Below, in pieces: positions 24,264-44,547 of a stretch of 64,000 nucleotides of DNA; position 1 is the first letter of the stretch, and each line of letters begins with the position of its first letter. The position numbers and the translations under genes were made by a program. The notes under the pieces are model-generated. The model saw only the letters and a program-made list of their open reading frames with translations. It was not told the DNA's origin and did not search any database. The stretch lies in assembly GCA_025786725.1 (NCBI GenBank), contig JAHLTZ010000031.1, positions 1-64,000 of the forward strand, given 5' to 3'. Origin of the DNA: Syncephalis fuscata S228 (taxonomy: Eukaryota > Fungi > Zoopagomycota).

Positions 24264-25369
24264 ATTGACAGGTGGTGGTGGTGGTAGTGGTTACAAGAAA
24301 TAAAAATAAACAAAGTAGTCTGCGCTAGACTTAAGAAAGGACCTAGGAGAAACTACTTGGATGTGTGTGATGCTTTGTACAAGTTGGCGTCTTACGAGCG
24401 GTGGTATTTATATTAGAGCAATGTAGTCTATTTTCGCGTCGATGGCGTGAGCATGCCACATCACACTCCGTCCATCTGGATTACAGGGTTGTTTAATCGG
24501 CGACGTCAGCAATCAGTTCCCGTTACACTGAGTGCGGATTCCCATCTGCTCGGCAGAAGATGCATTGGGGGAATAGAAACAGGTAAGACAACCGGTACAA
24601 CAGGTAAGACCGATACGCTCGTGGTTACTCCAAATGGAAGCCTATACTATTTTTGCTTTACGGGCAACGACAAGTGTCTTTGCAGCCGACCACTTGACTG
24701 GTATTTCGAGCTGCATACTATTGCCGTAGATGCCGAGCATCACTTCTACCAAGCCCTTTGAGCGATAAACCACGATCAAAGCTATAAGTGCCATGCGTGA
24801 CGTTACTCTAGTGCGCTTGGCAGTATGAGTGTTTAAACTGTGTTAATCACTATATTTATTAAATAAACAGTATTACAGAACAAAGAATAGAATATGGTTA
24901 ATGATTAGAACGAGGCTGTAGAGTGCGACCACTGTTGGTGTGAGCTGGTACGGATTGTGGGTGGAAAGACACTTTAGGTTAATTAGTGTTATTAATAGAT
25001 GGTGCTAAGGGCGCAATCAGAGTATTAGATATTACTCTGTTGCACCCATGCTTGGCAGTGTGAATACAAAGCTTTTAGCCGAGATTATAGCTATTCCAGG
25101 AGCTATTTTACTTTGTGCCTCTATCTTTTTTAAAATAAAAATATGGAATTCCAACTCCACTTCAAATCACCCCCTTGAAGTCATATTTATTGTGCTATAC
25201 AACATGGCAAGTCGAATCTATAAGAATGATTGTATTTACAAGTATTTTATTTAACACCCAATAAACACTATTGCTTATATACCGAGTCTACTACTTAAAA
25301 GTTTAGTTGCCAATTATAATATCATGTTCTATGATAATGACATTTGTTTATGCACTGATGTCCATACTT

Positions 25370-25900
25370 ATTTTACTGATGACATTGTTCTATAGTTGTA
25401 TTTGCTTTTATGCTATTGCTTTTTATTCTTGCTTTTATTCCACCACTTAAGCAATTCCCTCATCTGTATTTCAATTTGTTCATAGTTTTTATATGTACAA
25501 TGCCATTCTATTTATGGATTTTATATATCGTCTCATTTATTAGTTAAATAAGATAACCTTTTTTACATTAAACAATTTATTAATCATTTATTATTTATTT
25601 TTAGTGGTCAACTGACTACATTTAATAATATTTACACATTTAAATTAAACTCTCTTTCTATTGAACATGAAACTAGGGGTAATTCACATCAGGGTCCAAA
25701 ATGCTTATCATTGTAGACTTATTATACAGTGCACATATTGGATAATAAATCTATGCTTGCAAGTATTTTAATGACTAATGGCGCTCACTATCCAGTTCCA
25801 TATTTAATAGAATGAATACTATTAAAATAGTCTTTTTAACCACAAATCATGCTAAATGGCCAATAAGTTTAATTAAATTGCATAACAATGTTAAATGACA
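25370..25900. repeat. Foldback-family copy with two arms abutting as an imperfect palindrome centred ~25731
   Basis: 25659-25731 and 25732-25809 are imperfect reverse complements of the family core; 25370-25650 is homologous to 4250-4320 and (inverted) to 4985-5245. Confidence 0.65.
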
Positions 25901-25965
25901 CAGAATATATAATAGGACACTTTATTTAACTCAATTAACAAGTATTAAAATTAAGTTAAAAATGA

Positions 25966-26306
25966 AATAATACATAGCATGTATATATTAATGCAACAAT
26001 AACAACAAATGCGGAGTGACATGGAATCGCGATTATATGGCTTTTATTAATATTCGATCAATCTTTCTACGCATGATTAACAGCAACTATAATCGGCCTC
26101 AAATATTTCAACGAAATTAAATAGTGTGTTACATTGTTTATTTAAATGTTTAATATTATTACTGATACAATGTTCTGTTAAATCTAATTATATTTTATGA
26201 AAATAATAATGTTGTTATATTACATTAATATTTATTGTGAATGCTGATTTAAATACAAATCAATTTAATCAAATTATTACAATCGATTGCGTAAAATGAT
26301 TTATTG
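25966..26306 (+). pseudogene. Fanzor/TnpB-like nuclease C-terminal remnant, copy 2, plus conserved 3' tail
   Basis: 25992-26120 translates CNNNNKCGVTWNRDYMAFINIRSIFLRMINSNYNRPQIFQRN*; direct-repeat homology to 22140-22495. Confidence 0.8.
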
Positions 26307-26843
26307 CGTTGAAGTAGGGGGGAGGGGATGCAGAGTAAACAATTCTATTTTGCTCTAATTTAATAATAAATTTATTCACGCTTTATCAATAAGATTAACT
26401 GAGTTATAATGGTTTTATAATTGATTTTACTGGATATAATAGAGTTTAGCTACCTGTTATTGGCCAAACTGACAACTATCACAGTGTTGTTATAGATCGA
26501 TACTCTTTATTCAACTAGGCAAAGACGCTCCTTTTACCGAATCATAGCCGTGCCATTCCATCTCGGTATAAAGCTATTATTGGCGCACACTTGCATTGAT
26601 GTAAATAATTACATGGATGTGGGCGCTGCATTTCTGTTGTGTAATGAGCGCTTGGCAGATAGGCGACTTGACACAAACTGTATTCCCCAGGCATCAATGG
26701 AATCTGGATTGAAGGTCCGCCTCACTGTGCACACTTGGCCACTCATACACTAGTCGCGCAATCGCACGCCCTCTTTCGTTCTGCCACCGCGCATATACAC
26801 ATCGGCACATTTGCTCTCTGTGTAGCACCATCCAACTGCCATC

Positions 26844-27971
26844 ATGCCTCCAAAGCTCGACCCAAATGAGGTGAAGATCAGTACGTATTATATAGAGAAA
26901 TAGATGGATGAGTGGATAGATGGATGGATGGATGGATGGATGGATAGATGCTTAATAACAAAAAGTAATGGAGGTGTAGAAAATATAAACTGGACAAATG
27001 ACTTGTGGAATTGTCTAGTGCCAGTATAAAGACTAGACGCAACTACGGCTACTAGTCTATAAAACACAAGCTGGTAGCATTCTATAAGTTACAAGTTAAA
27101 GAATCGTAAAATAGTTGTTAAATGTGTACAATATTATGTGGCTATAACAATTGTTATGCTGTATGATATTGTACAATGCATCTATGATACTATATATAAT
27201 TCTAGCTATAATATTGGGGATATGCAAGATAATGAGCGAATTATGACTAATCATTGATGTTTACGCGATGTTTATTATAGTCTGTCTTCGTTGCACTGGT
27301 GGTGAAGTCGGTTCGTCCGCTACCCTTGCTCCAAAGATCGGTCCCCTCGGTCTGGTAAGTTTAATAAACGGCGAATCTAGCCATAAATAGAAGATTATTA
27401 ACACATGGCCACGATGGCATATTACATTCAATAGTCCCCAAAGAAGGTTGGTGATGACATCGCCAAGGCTACCCAGGACTGGAAAGGTCTCCGCGTTACC
27501 GTGCAATTGACCATCCAAACCGTCAAGCTGCCGTCGCTGTCGTCCCATCTGCCTCTGCTTTGGTCATCAAGGCTTTGAAGGAACCAGTCCGTGACCGCAA
27601 GAAGGAGAAGAACAGTAAGTAGCACATAGCTGCATGCACACTATTAGTTCGGATTGTTAATCTATGGATAATATTGTTTATAGTCAAGCACAGCGGTAAC
27701 ATCAGTCTCGATGATGTCATTGAGATTGCCCGCCAAATGCGCTTCAAGTCTCTTGCCCGTGAACTTAAGGGTACCGTCAAGGAAATCCTCGGCACCGCTT
27801 TCTCCGTTGGCTGCACTGTCGATGGTGAATCGCCAAAGGACATCGGCGACAAGATCGAGGAGGGTGAGATTGAAATCCCAGTAAGTATACTAGCGATAGC
27901 CTAATGGCTTTAGTATTGATATTAATAACTAACCATTATTACTATGACTATTATTTTATTAGGCCAACTAA
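26844..27971 (+). CDS. RPL12: 60S ribosomal protein L12 (uL11); apparent 1-bp deletion near 27518
   Basis: [57 protein letters not shown]. Confidence 0.97.
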
Positions 27972-28575
27972 ATATATCTTGCGTCTCTACAGAACCCGGT
28001 GGCGTTCTGTGTTTGATGATTGTGCTGTTCACATTATTTGCAATGGCAATAAACCATACTTTGATATATTTTTAATTGTTTATTCATTATGAGTTACTTA
28101 TTGTGTTTATTAACTACGTCATTTGACGGATATTAAATGTGTTGTGAAAATAAATAAATGTTACAAGTGTTGTATTGATCAACCACTTTAATGACAACAA
28201 TGCACACAAAACAATAGCACCATCATTGTTCAATATAATAAACAAACAAATGCTCCAATAGCATAAACTGGCTATTTAATAGTGTTTAGACAAGGGAATC
28301 GTGAGTCATAATCATTATAATTATATGGGAATCATGGAACAGTTATCATCATAGTAATAACAGCAATTGGTATGAATAACTTACTAATCATTCAAGTCAG
28401 ACTTGTCATAGTTCATAGTAATTGTATTTATAGGAGGTGTGTTACTATTACTATGATGACTATAACAACAACATCAACAACACACCATCGACTACTATGA
28501 CAGTTATTCTTGTCTTCTGTGAAAACGCGCTTTAACTTTTTTGCCCTACATTGATTATTTCTACAACCTGCCACC

Positions 28576-31381
28576 ATGGAGGTAAGTGTCTCTAGCGTCT
28601 ATGGCCACTGCTATTGCACCATCAATATAGCGATAGCAGTCGATAGTCAGTCTTGGTTGTGTACTACCGTTGATTGGATCATAGTTGACAATGCTTTTTA
28701 CTATTTACAGGAGATTCTTGATTTTAATCGAGAGCTTAACATCGATCTGATGGACCGTGTGGTTATGGCCTTCTATACCGGTGCCGGTGAAGAGGTAGGT
28801 AGCAACAAGTGGCACAGCAACTATAATCGCGGCTATTCTCCGCTTGTATTTTACTATATACTTACTTGCTGTATATCGACTTGTTGCTGTTATCGCTGCC
28901 AATCACTAGCAACGCAAGGCCCAGGATGTTTTGACGCAATTTCAAGAACACCCCGACTCATGGCAGAGGGTAGACGCCGTACTTGAACGATCACAGAATC
29001 CACAAACTAAAGTAAGTACTATACTTATATATGTGTGTGTATAAGCCTATGTATCAACTAGAATAGTTGCTTATTCTATCCTTTCCGTATCTGTTATTGT
29101 TGTATGAATGGCTATATTCATTGATATACTACTTGTATTGACTGATTCGCTTGCTACCTTGTAGTTCTTAGCATTACAAATCCTTGACAAGGTGATCCGC
29201 ACTCGGTGGAAGGCATTGCCACGTGATCAAGCAGATGGTTAGTAATGATGGTACACCTATTCATCCAAGCCATACTGATTGGTGTATTTGTTATAGGCAT
29301 TAGAAACTTTATTGTCACTGTGGTTATCAACAGTGCCATGGACGAAAAGATTGTGCGTGAACGCTCATTTCTTAACAAGTTAAATATGGTTCTGGTACAG
29401 GTAGGTTATTTATTATAGCTCTATTTAATAATTAGTTCTAATGGCCTATACCGACTACTATGGACTATGATAGATCTTGAAGCAAGACTGGCCACATCAC
29501 TGGCCCAATTTCATTCCCGAGCTAATCAATGCTAGTCGTAATGATCTACAGTTGTGTGAAAATAACATGACCATTTTAAAGCTATTGAGGTAAGTAGATC
29601 ATTGTTTTATTTACCATTATCTAATAAAATCAGTGAGGAAATCTTTGACTTTTCAGAAGGTGAAATGACACAATTGAAGACACGTAATCTGAAGAGTCAA
29701 ATGTGTGGTGAATTCTCTGAAGTCTTTCAACTTTGTGATGAAGTACTTCACAAAGCACAGAAGCCATCACTGATTAAAGCTACATTGAAGACATTGTTGC
29801 GTTTCCTTAACTGGGTGCCACTCGGTTATGTATTTGAAACAGATCTACTATCGCTACTTACAGAAAGAGTAAGTGGTTGTTTTAATGCCATTATAGTATC
29901 TAATATTGTTTATTATAGTATCTTCGTCCAGATGAGTTCCGTAATGTTACACTTCAGTGTTTGACTGAAATTGCCAATTTACCGGATGCACCTGAATATA
30001 ACCAGAAGCTGGTGACTATGTTTAACGTAGTGATTGGTGTTATTAGCGATATTATCCCCCCTTCGACCAGTAAGTAGTTATTTAACGAATGTATGGATTA
30101 GTATTAACGCTAGTCATTGTGTCTAGATATTCCTAATGCCTATGAGGACTCGGATGAATCAGGCCAGAAGCTGATTCAAAATCTTGCTCTTTTCCTTACT
30201 ACTATTCTAAGCAAGCATGTTACAGCCATTGAAGCACAGCCTAACAAGGAAGTTGTGTTGACAGCACACTTTTACTTAGTAAAGATCAGTGAAGTTGAAG
30301 AGCGTGAAGTATTTAAGGTGTGCCTTGAATACTGGTCTAAACTAGTTATGGAGCTGTACAATGAGATGCAGCTATCATCAGTATCCAACTCGGTACTTAA
30401 TCTATCCAACTCACAAGGCTCACTTGGCGGCATGGGCTCCGATAATGCATTGCGTAAGCAGATGTATGCTGAAGTACTTCGTCAGCTACGTGTTGTTATG
30501 ATTGAGCGTATGGTTAAACCAGAAGAAGTAAGTATTATTTAATAGATCATATTAGATCATATACTTATGCCGTTGGTGATTATTAGGTTCTAATTGTCGA
30601 AAACGATGAGGGTGAAATTGTGCGTGAGTTTATCAAGGAAAGCGATACACTTGCTCTTTACAAGAGTATGCGTGAATGCCTTGTCTATTTGACGCATTTG
30701 GATACATTTAATATGGAGGCCATTATGTTGGAGAAGTTGGCTCGTCAAGTAAGTAATTATTATTAATTGCTTTACTTGTATATATATATATATATTAATC
30801 AATATTACTTTAGATGAATGGATCAGAATGGTCATGGAATAACTTGAATCGATTGTGCTGGGCTGTTGGTTCTATTAGCGGTGCTATGGGTAAGTTATTG
30901 GTTAATTCAATCGCCATAAATAGTTGTATTAACTGTTATTTGAATAGCCGAAGAAGTTGAAAAGCGTTTTTTGGTTAATGTTATCAAGGATCTATTGAAT
31001 TTGTGTGAACATCAACGTGGTAAAGATAACAAGGCCGTTGTAGCATCGAATATTATGTATGTGGTCGGACAGTATCCTCGTTTCTTACGTGCCCATTGGA
31101 AGTTCCTCAAGACGGTCATTAACAAGCTATTTGAATTTATGCACGAGTTGCACGAAGGTAAATGATTACGTGTTTATTCAATTCATAGTTGTATATTCAT
31201 ACTGTTCATACGTAGGTGTACAGGATATGGCATGTGATACGTTTATTAAGATATCACAAAAATGTCGTCGTCACTTTATATTGCAGCAGATTGGTGAACT
31301 GCGACCATTTATTGAAGAGATTTTGGAGAATATTGACCGAATCACCACGGATCTATCACCACAACAGGTAATTACACACAC

Positions 31382-31417
<36 letters not shown>

Positions 31418-33126
31418 CTAGTACTAGTATTATTGCTAATAATGGATGAATTGCTAGATTAATACATTCTATGAAGGTGTTGGCTACATGGTGAATGCTC
31501 AATCTAATGCTGCCTCACAAGAAGTGCTTCTTTCAAAGTTGATGCATATTCCCAATATGGCGGTAAGTTTAACAGGTGATGGCGATCAATGAATAGATGT
31601 CTAATTATTATGTCTATTTAATCAATAATAGTGGCAACGCATTATTAATATGGCTCAATCTGATATGAGTATCATTGGCAATGTTGATCAAGTTAAAGTG
31701 CTAGGCAATGTACTCAAGACGAACCGAGCTGTATGCAATGCTGTAGGCAGTGGCTACATCTCTCAAATGACCATTATCTATTTGGATATGCTTGGCTTGT
31801 ACAAGTCAGTCAGTGAACTTATTTCAGATGCGGTGAGAACGCAAGGTAAGTAATGGTAATGATAATAATCGTCATCATTATAGTGTGCGCCATAAACTAG
31901 AAATTCATGTCTAACAATCGTATATATATATAGGCCTGGTAGCAACGCGTACACCGCGTGTTCGTGCTATGCGTACAGTTAAGAAAGAAGTATTGCGTAT
32001 TGTCGAGTCATTTGTACAAAATACCAATGATCTAGGCAATGTCGTGGACAATATGTTGCCTTCATTATTGCCGGCTGTACTGGGTGACTACAATACAAGT
32101 GTTGAGCCAGCCCGTGATGCCGAAGTATTGAATGCGATGGCTTCAATTGCTGGTCGACTTGGCGTAAGTAATTTAAAGAATAGATATCAATAGTTTACTA
32201 ATGGGTTTATAATAGTCCCGATTGGCGCCACATGTTCCATCCATTCTGGATTCGATTTTCGAATGTACGCTTAACATGATCAACAAGGACTTTGCCGAGT
32301 ATCCTGAGCATCGTGTTGGTTTCTTTGCTCTTATTGGTGCCATCAATAAGCACTGCTTCGATACACTCATTAATCTACCTGGACCACAGTTCAAGTTGAT
32401 TCTTGATAGTATTGTTTGGGCCTTCAAGCATACTATGCGTGATATTGGTGATACCGGTCTATCCATCTGTTTGGAGATGCTTAATAATGTATCACGTTCT
32501 GATGCCGCTGTAGCTAATGTTTTCTACCAGAATTGGTTCATTGGTCTATTGCAAGACGTATTCTTTGTATTGACTGATTGTGAGCATAAGAGCGGTAAGT
32601 AGCTGTTGTGTTATAATGAACAGTATCTAATTGAATGATATCATCGTTAGGATTTAAGATGCAGTGTCGTGTGCTAGCCCGTATGTTTGAATTAGTCGAA
32701 TCGAATAGCATTTCCGTGCCACTTTACAATCCATCGCAAGTATCGGATCCAAATATGACAAATCAGCAATATTTGCAAGAATATGTCTCGAATCTATTGC
32801 AAAATGCTTTCCCTCATTTACAACAGTAAGTAAAAGCTAATACGTTGAATTTACTAGATACTAATAAGTACATAAAATATTATAGAGCACAAATTCGTGT
32901 CTTTGTCCTTGGTTTGACGAAGCTTAATCGTGACTTGACACCGTTCAAGCAACACGTACGCGACTTTTTGATTCAGCTTAAAGAGTTTGCCGGCGATACT
33001 TCCGATCTGTTCCTTGAGGAACGTGAAAGCGAACTATTGGCCAAGGAAACAGCCGCCAAACAAAAGGCGATGCAAGTGCCTGGTCTACTTAAACCAAGTG
33101 AAATCCCCGCCATGGACGAGGATTGA
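28576..33126 (+). CDS. CRM1: Exportin-1 (CRM1/XPO1), many introns
   Basis: [78 protein letters not shown]. Confidence 0.98.
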
Positions 33127-33529
33127 TCAATAACAACCATAGGTTAACCACACTGAATTGAGTTCTAAGTTTGTGCGTGTGTGTGTATGTGCGTATGTAG
33201 ACAGTGATCTGTATATCTATTGAATGGATATCTATAGAGAGAAAGAGATAGAGAGAGAAAGAGATAGAGAGAGAGCGTAGAACAATACAACTCGTCTATG
33301 ATGCTGTGTTATTGTTGTTTGTTTGTTTGTTTGTGCGTGTGTGCGTGTAATGATTTACTTGGAATGAACACGCAGAACCCATTTCATTTACATCTTTTTA
33401 TTTACTATTGATACGTCGATCCGGCTTTTATTAGGTCGTGTTTCGGCAGCTTTAGCCTATCCATGGACGTAGCCAATTGTGCACGCGTGCCGCGGTACAG
33501 CAGCTGACTAGTTTATTGATTTCTATCCG

Positions 33530-33562
<33 letters not shown>

Positions 33563-33720
33563 TCATTCATTCATTGATATTACATGAACCTGTTTGCATT
33601 GTTTGCTCATGCTTTTACCTACAAGTTAACACTAAAGTTGATCTATATGTTTTATACAACGTGTCTTTTATTATGTAAAAAAACATTTGAAAACCAATAA
33701 TAATAATTATTGTTATACGG

Positions 33721-35296
<1,576 letters not shown>

Positions 35297-36439
35297 GGTT
35301 GTGTAAATCAACTAGAGCTGTAGTAAGATAATAGAGGGGTATGTGTTGTAAAGTCCGTGCTCATATGGCGAATTCTATCGTTGCTTTATATGTTTACTGC
35401 ACTCAGAGCTTGCCAACTTCCGTCGAGTAGGGGCAATGTATACCATTATTGTCTTCATCAATCATTGGCTCATAGGACACTTTAACACAATAGCTGGTTA
35501 CACACATGCATCGCAGCGCACATACAGCAGCAATAGTCATGTTGTGAATACGTATAGAATTACACAAAGAAGCATATTTGTTTTTCTACACGCACTGCTG
35601 ACGTATGTTTACTGCACATCTGTCATAGGCATCACGCAAGAGGCGAACGGGTAAACCGACCCCAACAGTCCTTTCTCAAATTGTCGTGTGGCCAGCTTGC
35701 CCACAAAATTAATATCCAGTGCCATCATACGTAACCAGTATTTTCAGTTGCGTCAGTACTGGGTATTTTTAGCGGCAATTCTTCCAACGGGCTGCACTTG
35801 CGGATCCTATCGGTATTCATTGCAAACACGTCATTTAAGTCGATGACGTCAGCCGTAGCTGAATGATACAATAGCATTGCTGATGGCTAGAATTTGAAAA
35901 GAAGACATAGCAAAAGAAGTTTTGAAAGCAAATAGCGCTTTTTTTATTATTATGCTGTTATTATAATTACACAAATAGGTCATAGTAAAATAACTAAACA
36001 AAATGCTACTTTGCAACGGTTTAACTAAATTAATATAATAAATCTGGTTTAAGCATTTTTTTACATAACCACACTTACTATTAGTAAATTAGCATAGTAA
36101 TCCCAACTGTGACGATTATGACGACTAAGTTAAGATAAATAATGCACTAGATGGTTTAAAACGCGTCTAACAAAAGAAAAATAGAGCCATATATTATTTA
36201 CAATTTAAGCTCATTTATGTATTTAATATTTATTTATAGCAGCCATGTTGAATGTAAGTGGCAAGCTATACGGTCTACACATTGGTTTTATTTCATATTT
36301 GCTAAAATGACGAAATATTGCTATTGTCAAATATGGTAATTGTAATTTATCTGATTTCTTTACATTAAAGAATTTAAATTACATAGTTTTACCATATTCT
36401 AACTTTTCTTAACAATAAAAAGTAATTAAGCATTAGCTC

Positions 36440-36615
36440 GCATTTTTATTTATTTATATATGTTTATAGTTGTCACTCATCAACCAACTCCATGTTTGAT
36501 GGAATGAATGTCTAATTTAGTTGCGCAAATATTTTTAAATATGTTATTTAACCCCCAAATCGTACTAAATGTTAATAAATTGTTTATAAGAAAAAAGCTA
36601 TATTTACTATATATA
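36440..36615 (-). repeat. Degenerate arm of the foldback family
   Basis: TGTCACTCATCAACCAACTCCATGTTTGATGGAATG...TTAGTTGCGCAAAT...TTAATAAATTGTTTA aligns with 12825-12870 and with the reverse complement of 25545-25590. Confidence 0.55.
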
Positions 36616-36766
36616 TATATATATTTAGTAATACAAATTATTTATCTTATTAATTCTTCTTATAATAAGAATCAGGCAAATTTTATTCGTTTGAGTATCA
36701 TAGCTCAATACAACTACACATATCATTATGAGTGTTATGTAAAATGTAAGCAAGTAGCTGTGATCC

Positions 36767-41894
<5,128 letters not shown>

Positions 41895-43033
41895 CCTAAA
41901 TAATGATATTCATAGATTGTTGTATAATTTTTGTGTAATAAACAGCAGTTTCGGGGTACAAATTTGATTTTAAGTACTATTAAGTAGGGCTTACAATAAT
42001 AAGATACGCTGAAATACAAAAAATGAGAGTCAATTTTCGTATTTTAGAGAAAGATTTTTGTCCCATTTTATTGCTTCCGCCTTGACTCATTTTGAAAAAG
42101 CAGAGCTTCGCATTGGTGCATATTAAACTAAAATAGACACAGCCATTCAGCCAGTTTTTCCGTTATTCCCTTTGGTCTGATTGGTTTTAATGCTGTTGCT
42201 TCTCAAAAGTATGGTGCAGCAGGTGTGATTTTCGTGGCACAGTGCTGCATAATACAATATAATGCGCTTTATTAAATTAGAAAATCATTCAAAATGACGG
42301 CATGAGTCATAAAATATACATAGTAGTTACGAAACAAAATAGCTTTTATTGGGAACATTTTAATCAGTGCCTTTGTTATTCCGCCATAATTTATTTCCTG
42401 TATAATGACATGTGCCTAAAACAAATATGTAAAAATATAGCTGAAAACAAGCTAGAAATTCAAAGTAGATGGTTATAATTTAAAGAAATATTTTATATTT
42501 AAAATAATAATATTGTTAATGCTATATCTTTTTAAACCGCACATATTAAATACTAGGATGAATAGTGAAATAATAGCAGACGTGCAGTTAATTTTATTTA
42601 AGCTTTTTTACATTGCTTTAAAACTTTGTTCTTATATAGGCACATGTTTCAAAACATCTTTGTAAACATATTTCTGTTAGTGTAGCTTATATATCATTTT
42701 AATTTATTATAGTTTGTAATTTGCAAATGTTAATTGCATGAATGCCGTATTCTATACAACGATGCCACGTTTAATTCATTACCATTATTTTAATTTTAAT
42801 ATACGCCTGTACTGTTGAATACCAGCTAAATCAACATGTATTAGCAATATCAAATAACGTAATTAACCACCTAAATGCTTTCATAACTCTGGCTTAACGC
42901 AATACATTAAAAATACACACATAAAATATAACAAAAAACAAAATCTAAACACTTTAAATTAGCTAATCCCAAATAATGCTTCATTCACATAATAATAATA
43001 ATAGGCGTAGTTTATAGTATACAACAGATAACG

Positions 43034-44387
43034 CTATACAATTTTTATACGATTAATATCTTCTTCCACCTCTTTAATGGCATCTAATAACTCGCCATGT
43101 TCATTAGCAATTTGCACATATTCTACTCCGGCACTCTGATATTCATGCAGCTTGGCATTATCTTCACTAAACGCCTTTTGAATTTCTGCTTGCTGCATAA
43201 GTAGCTTATCTCTAAATGACAATCAGATTAGAAACTTTATCAACTTACGTCGATTATTAGCACATACCGAATACAGCGCAGTGCATCTGGTGCATGGCCC
43301 GAGTAAATCTGCCGTAGTACTTGCGCCTTTTGCACGCTAGTATCAACTAATGAGTACACACTGTCAGCAATGCAGCCTAATATTATGCTTACTTGAGCTT
43401 TCGCTTTATATTGTCAGCCACGCCAGAGAAATAGTCAGAAAAGGCCGTTAGTACCTCTGTCGATTGAGGATCGGCCACCCGCTCTAACATGAGATTAAGC
43501 GTCTCTTCTTCTATCTAGCACCATTGGGTTAGTAATCAACAGATTAATAAATCAAATAGTTATATAATAGCTTACCTGGACACAACTCCATGTTTCATTT
43601 ATCATCTGCATTTCCATTGCATCGCAGCGTTGTCTTGTTCCAAACAAGCCGCTACTCGTTGCTCCACATCCTCGACAATATTCTCGAGCTGTTCTAGGCT
43701 TGGTGGTATTTCCATTGAATGATCGTCCGAATCATCATTATCAATATTTGCTATTTGCGCAACAGTGTGCGACAAGTTCACCAGCCATTGCTCAAGCCAT
43801 CCTTCGAATTCTATGGTCATTTCCTACTATTTTATTAGACATGAATAATGATTTTATACAACTCCTACCTTGGATATGGCCAAATGCCGTACATCTCGGC
43901 CAATCAGTGGATCTGAAGGCTGCACACCCAATGGACGTGTTGACTGATCCTGTTCGTCAATGGAGTTGATGTGCAATGGATCGGTTATTAAACGATAATC
44001 ACTGCACTCATCCGCAACTAATCTCTATTTCTATCGATTAATTGCCAGGCTTATTACCCCTAACTAAGTGCTTTTACCTGCCGTATACCTTCCAGCCATG
44101 TGGCGTAGTTTGTTGATGCACAAGCATTTTTTGTAAGCAATACATTATCCAACAATGCTTGATACAACAAACTTGCTTGATAATACAAGTGTCGCGTCTC
44201 GTTGTTTTCAGCCTAGTTATGTATTAAGTATTGCATCAAGCAAACAACTATTACTTACACGTTTGAGCTGGTCTGCAATTAAGCGTTGTGTACCATTAGC
44301 AGTTAGGAATCGTGTATAAATATCAGTGACGAGATGAGTTAACGAATTATCGTTGGTCTCGTCATTGCGCGCAGGATCAGTAGACAT
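43034..44387 (-). CDS. Coiled-coil protein, augmin subunit HAUS4-like
   Basis: C-terminal QVLRQIYSGHAPDALRCIR..DKL...LHEYQSAGVEYVQIANEHGELLDAIKEVEEDI resembles the HAUS4 C-terminal pattern; multi-exon. Confidence 0.5.
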
Positions 44388-44547
44388 GTTAGTAAAAAAT
44401 GGTAAGAAATAAAACAAAAGCTATGATTTAATTGCTCTCTTTATTTTCTACATGTTCTATTGTCTATTTATCATGAATTTTAATAATTATTGATGCTACA
44501 CTATAAATATTGTCTAATATGCAATGACGCGTCATAACAAACGCTAT

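Noticed and set aside
26882-27280. Intronic snoRNA in the long first intron of RPL12
   Set aside because: No convincing C/D or H/ACA box pair seen; would need a snoscan/Infernal run
33170-33580. GT/GA/CTAT simple repeats as a functional element
   Set aside because: Ordinary microsatellites between convergent genes; similar tracts at ~9560, ~26905 and ~55845
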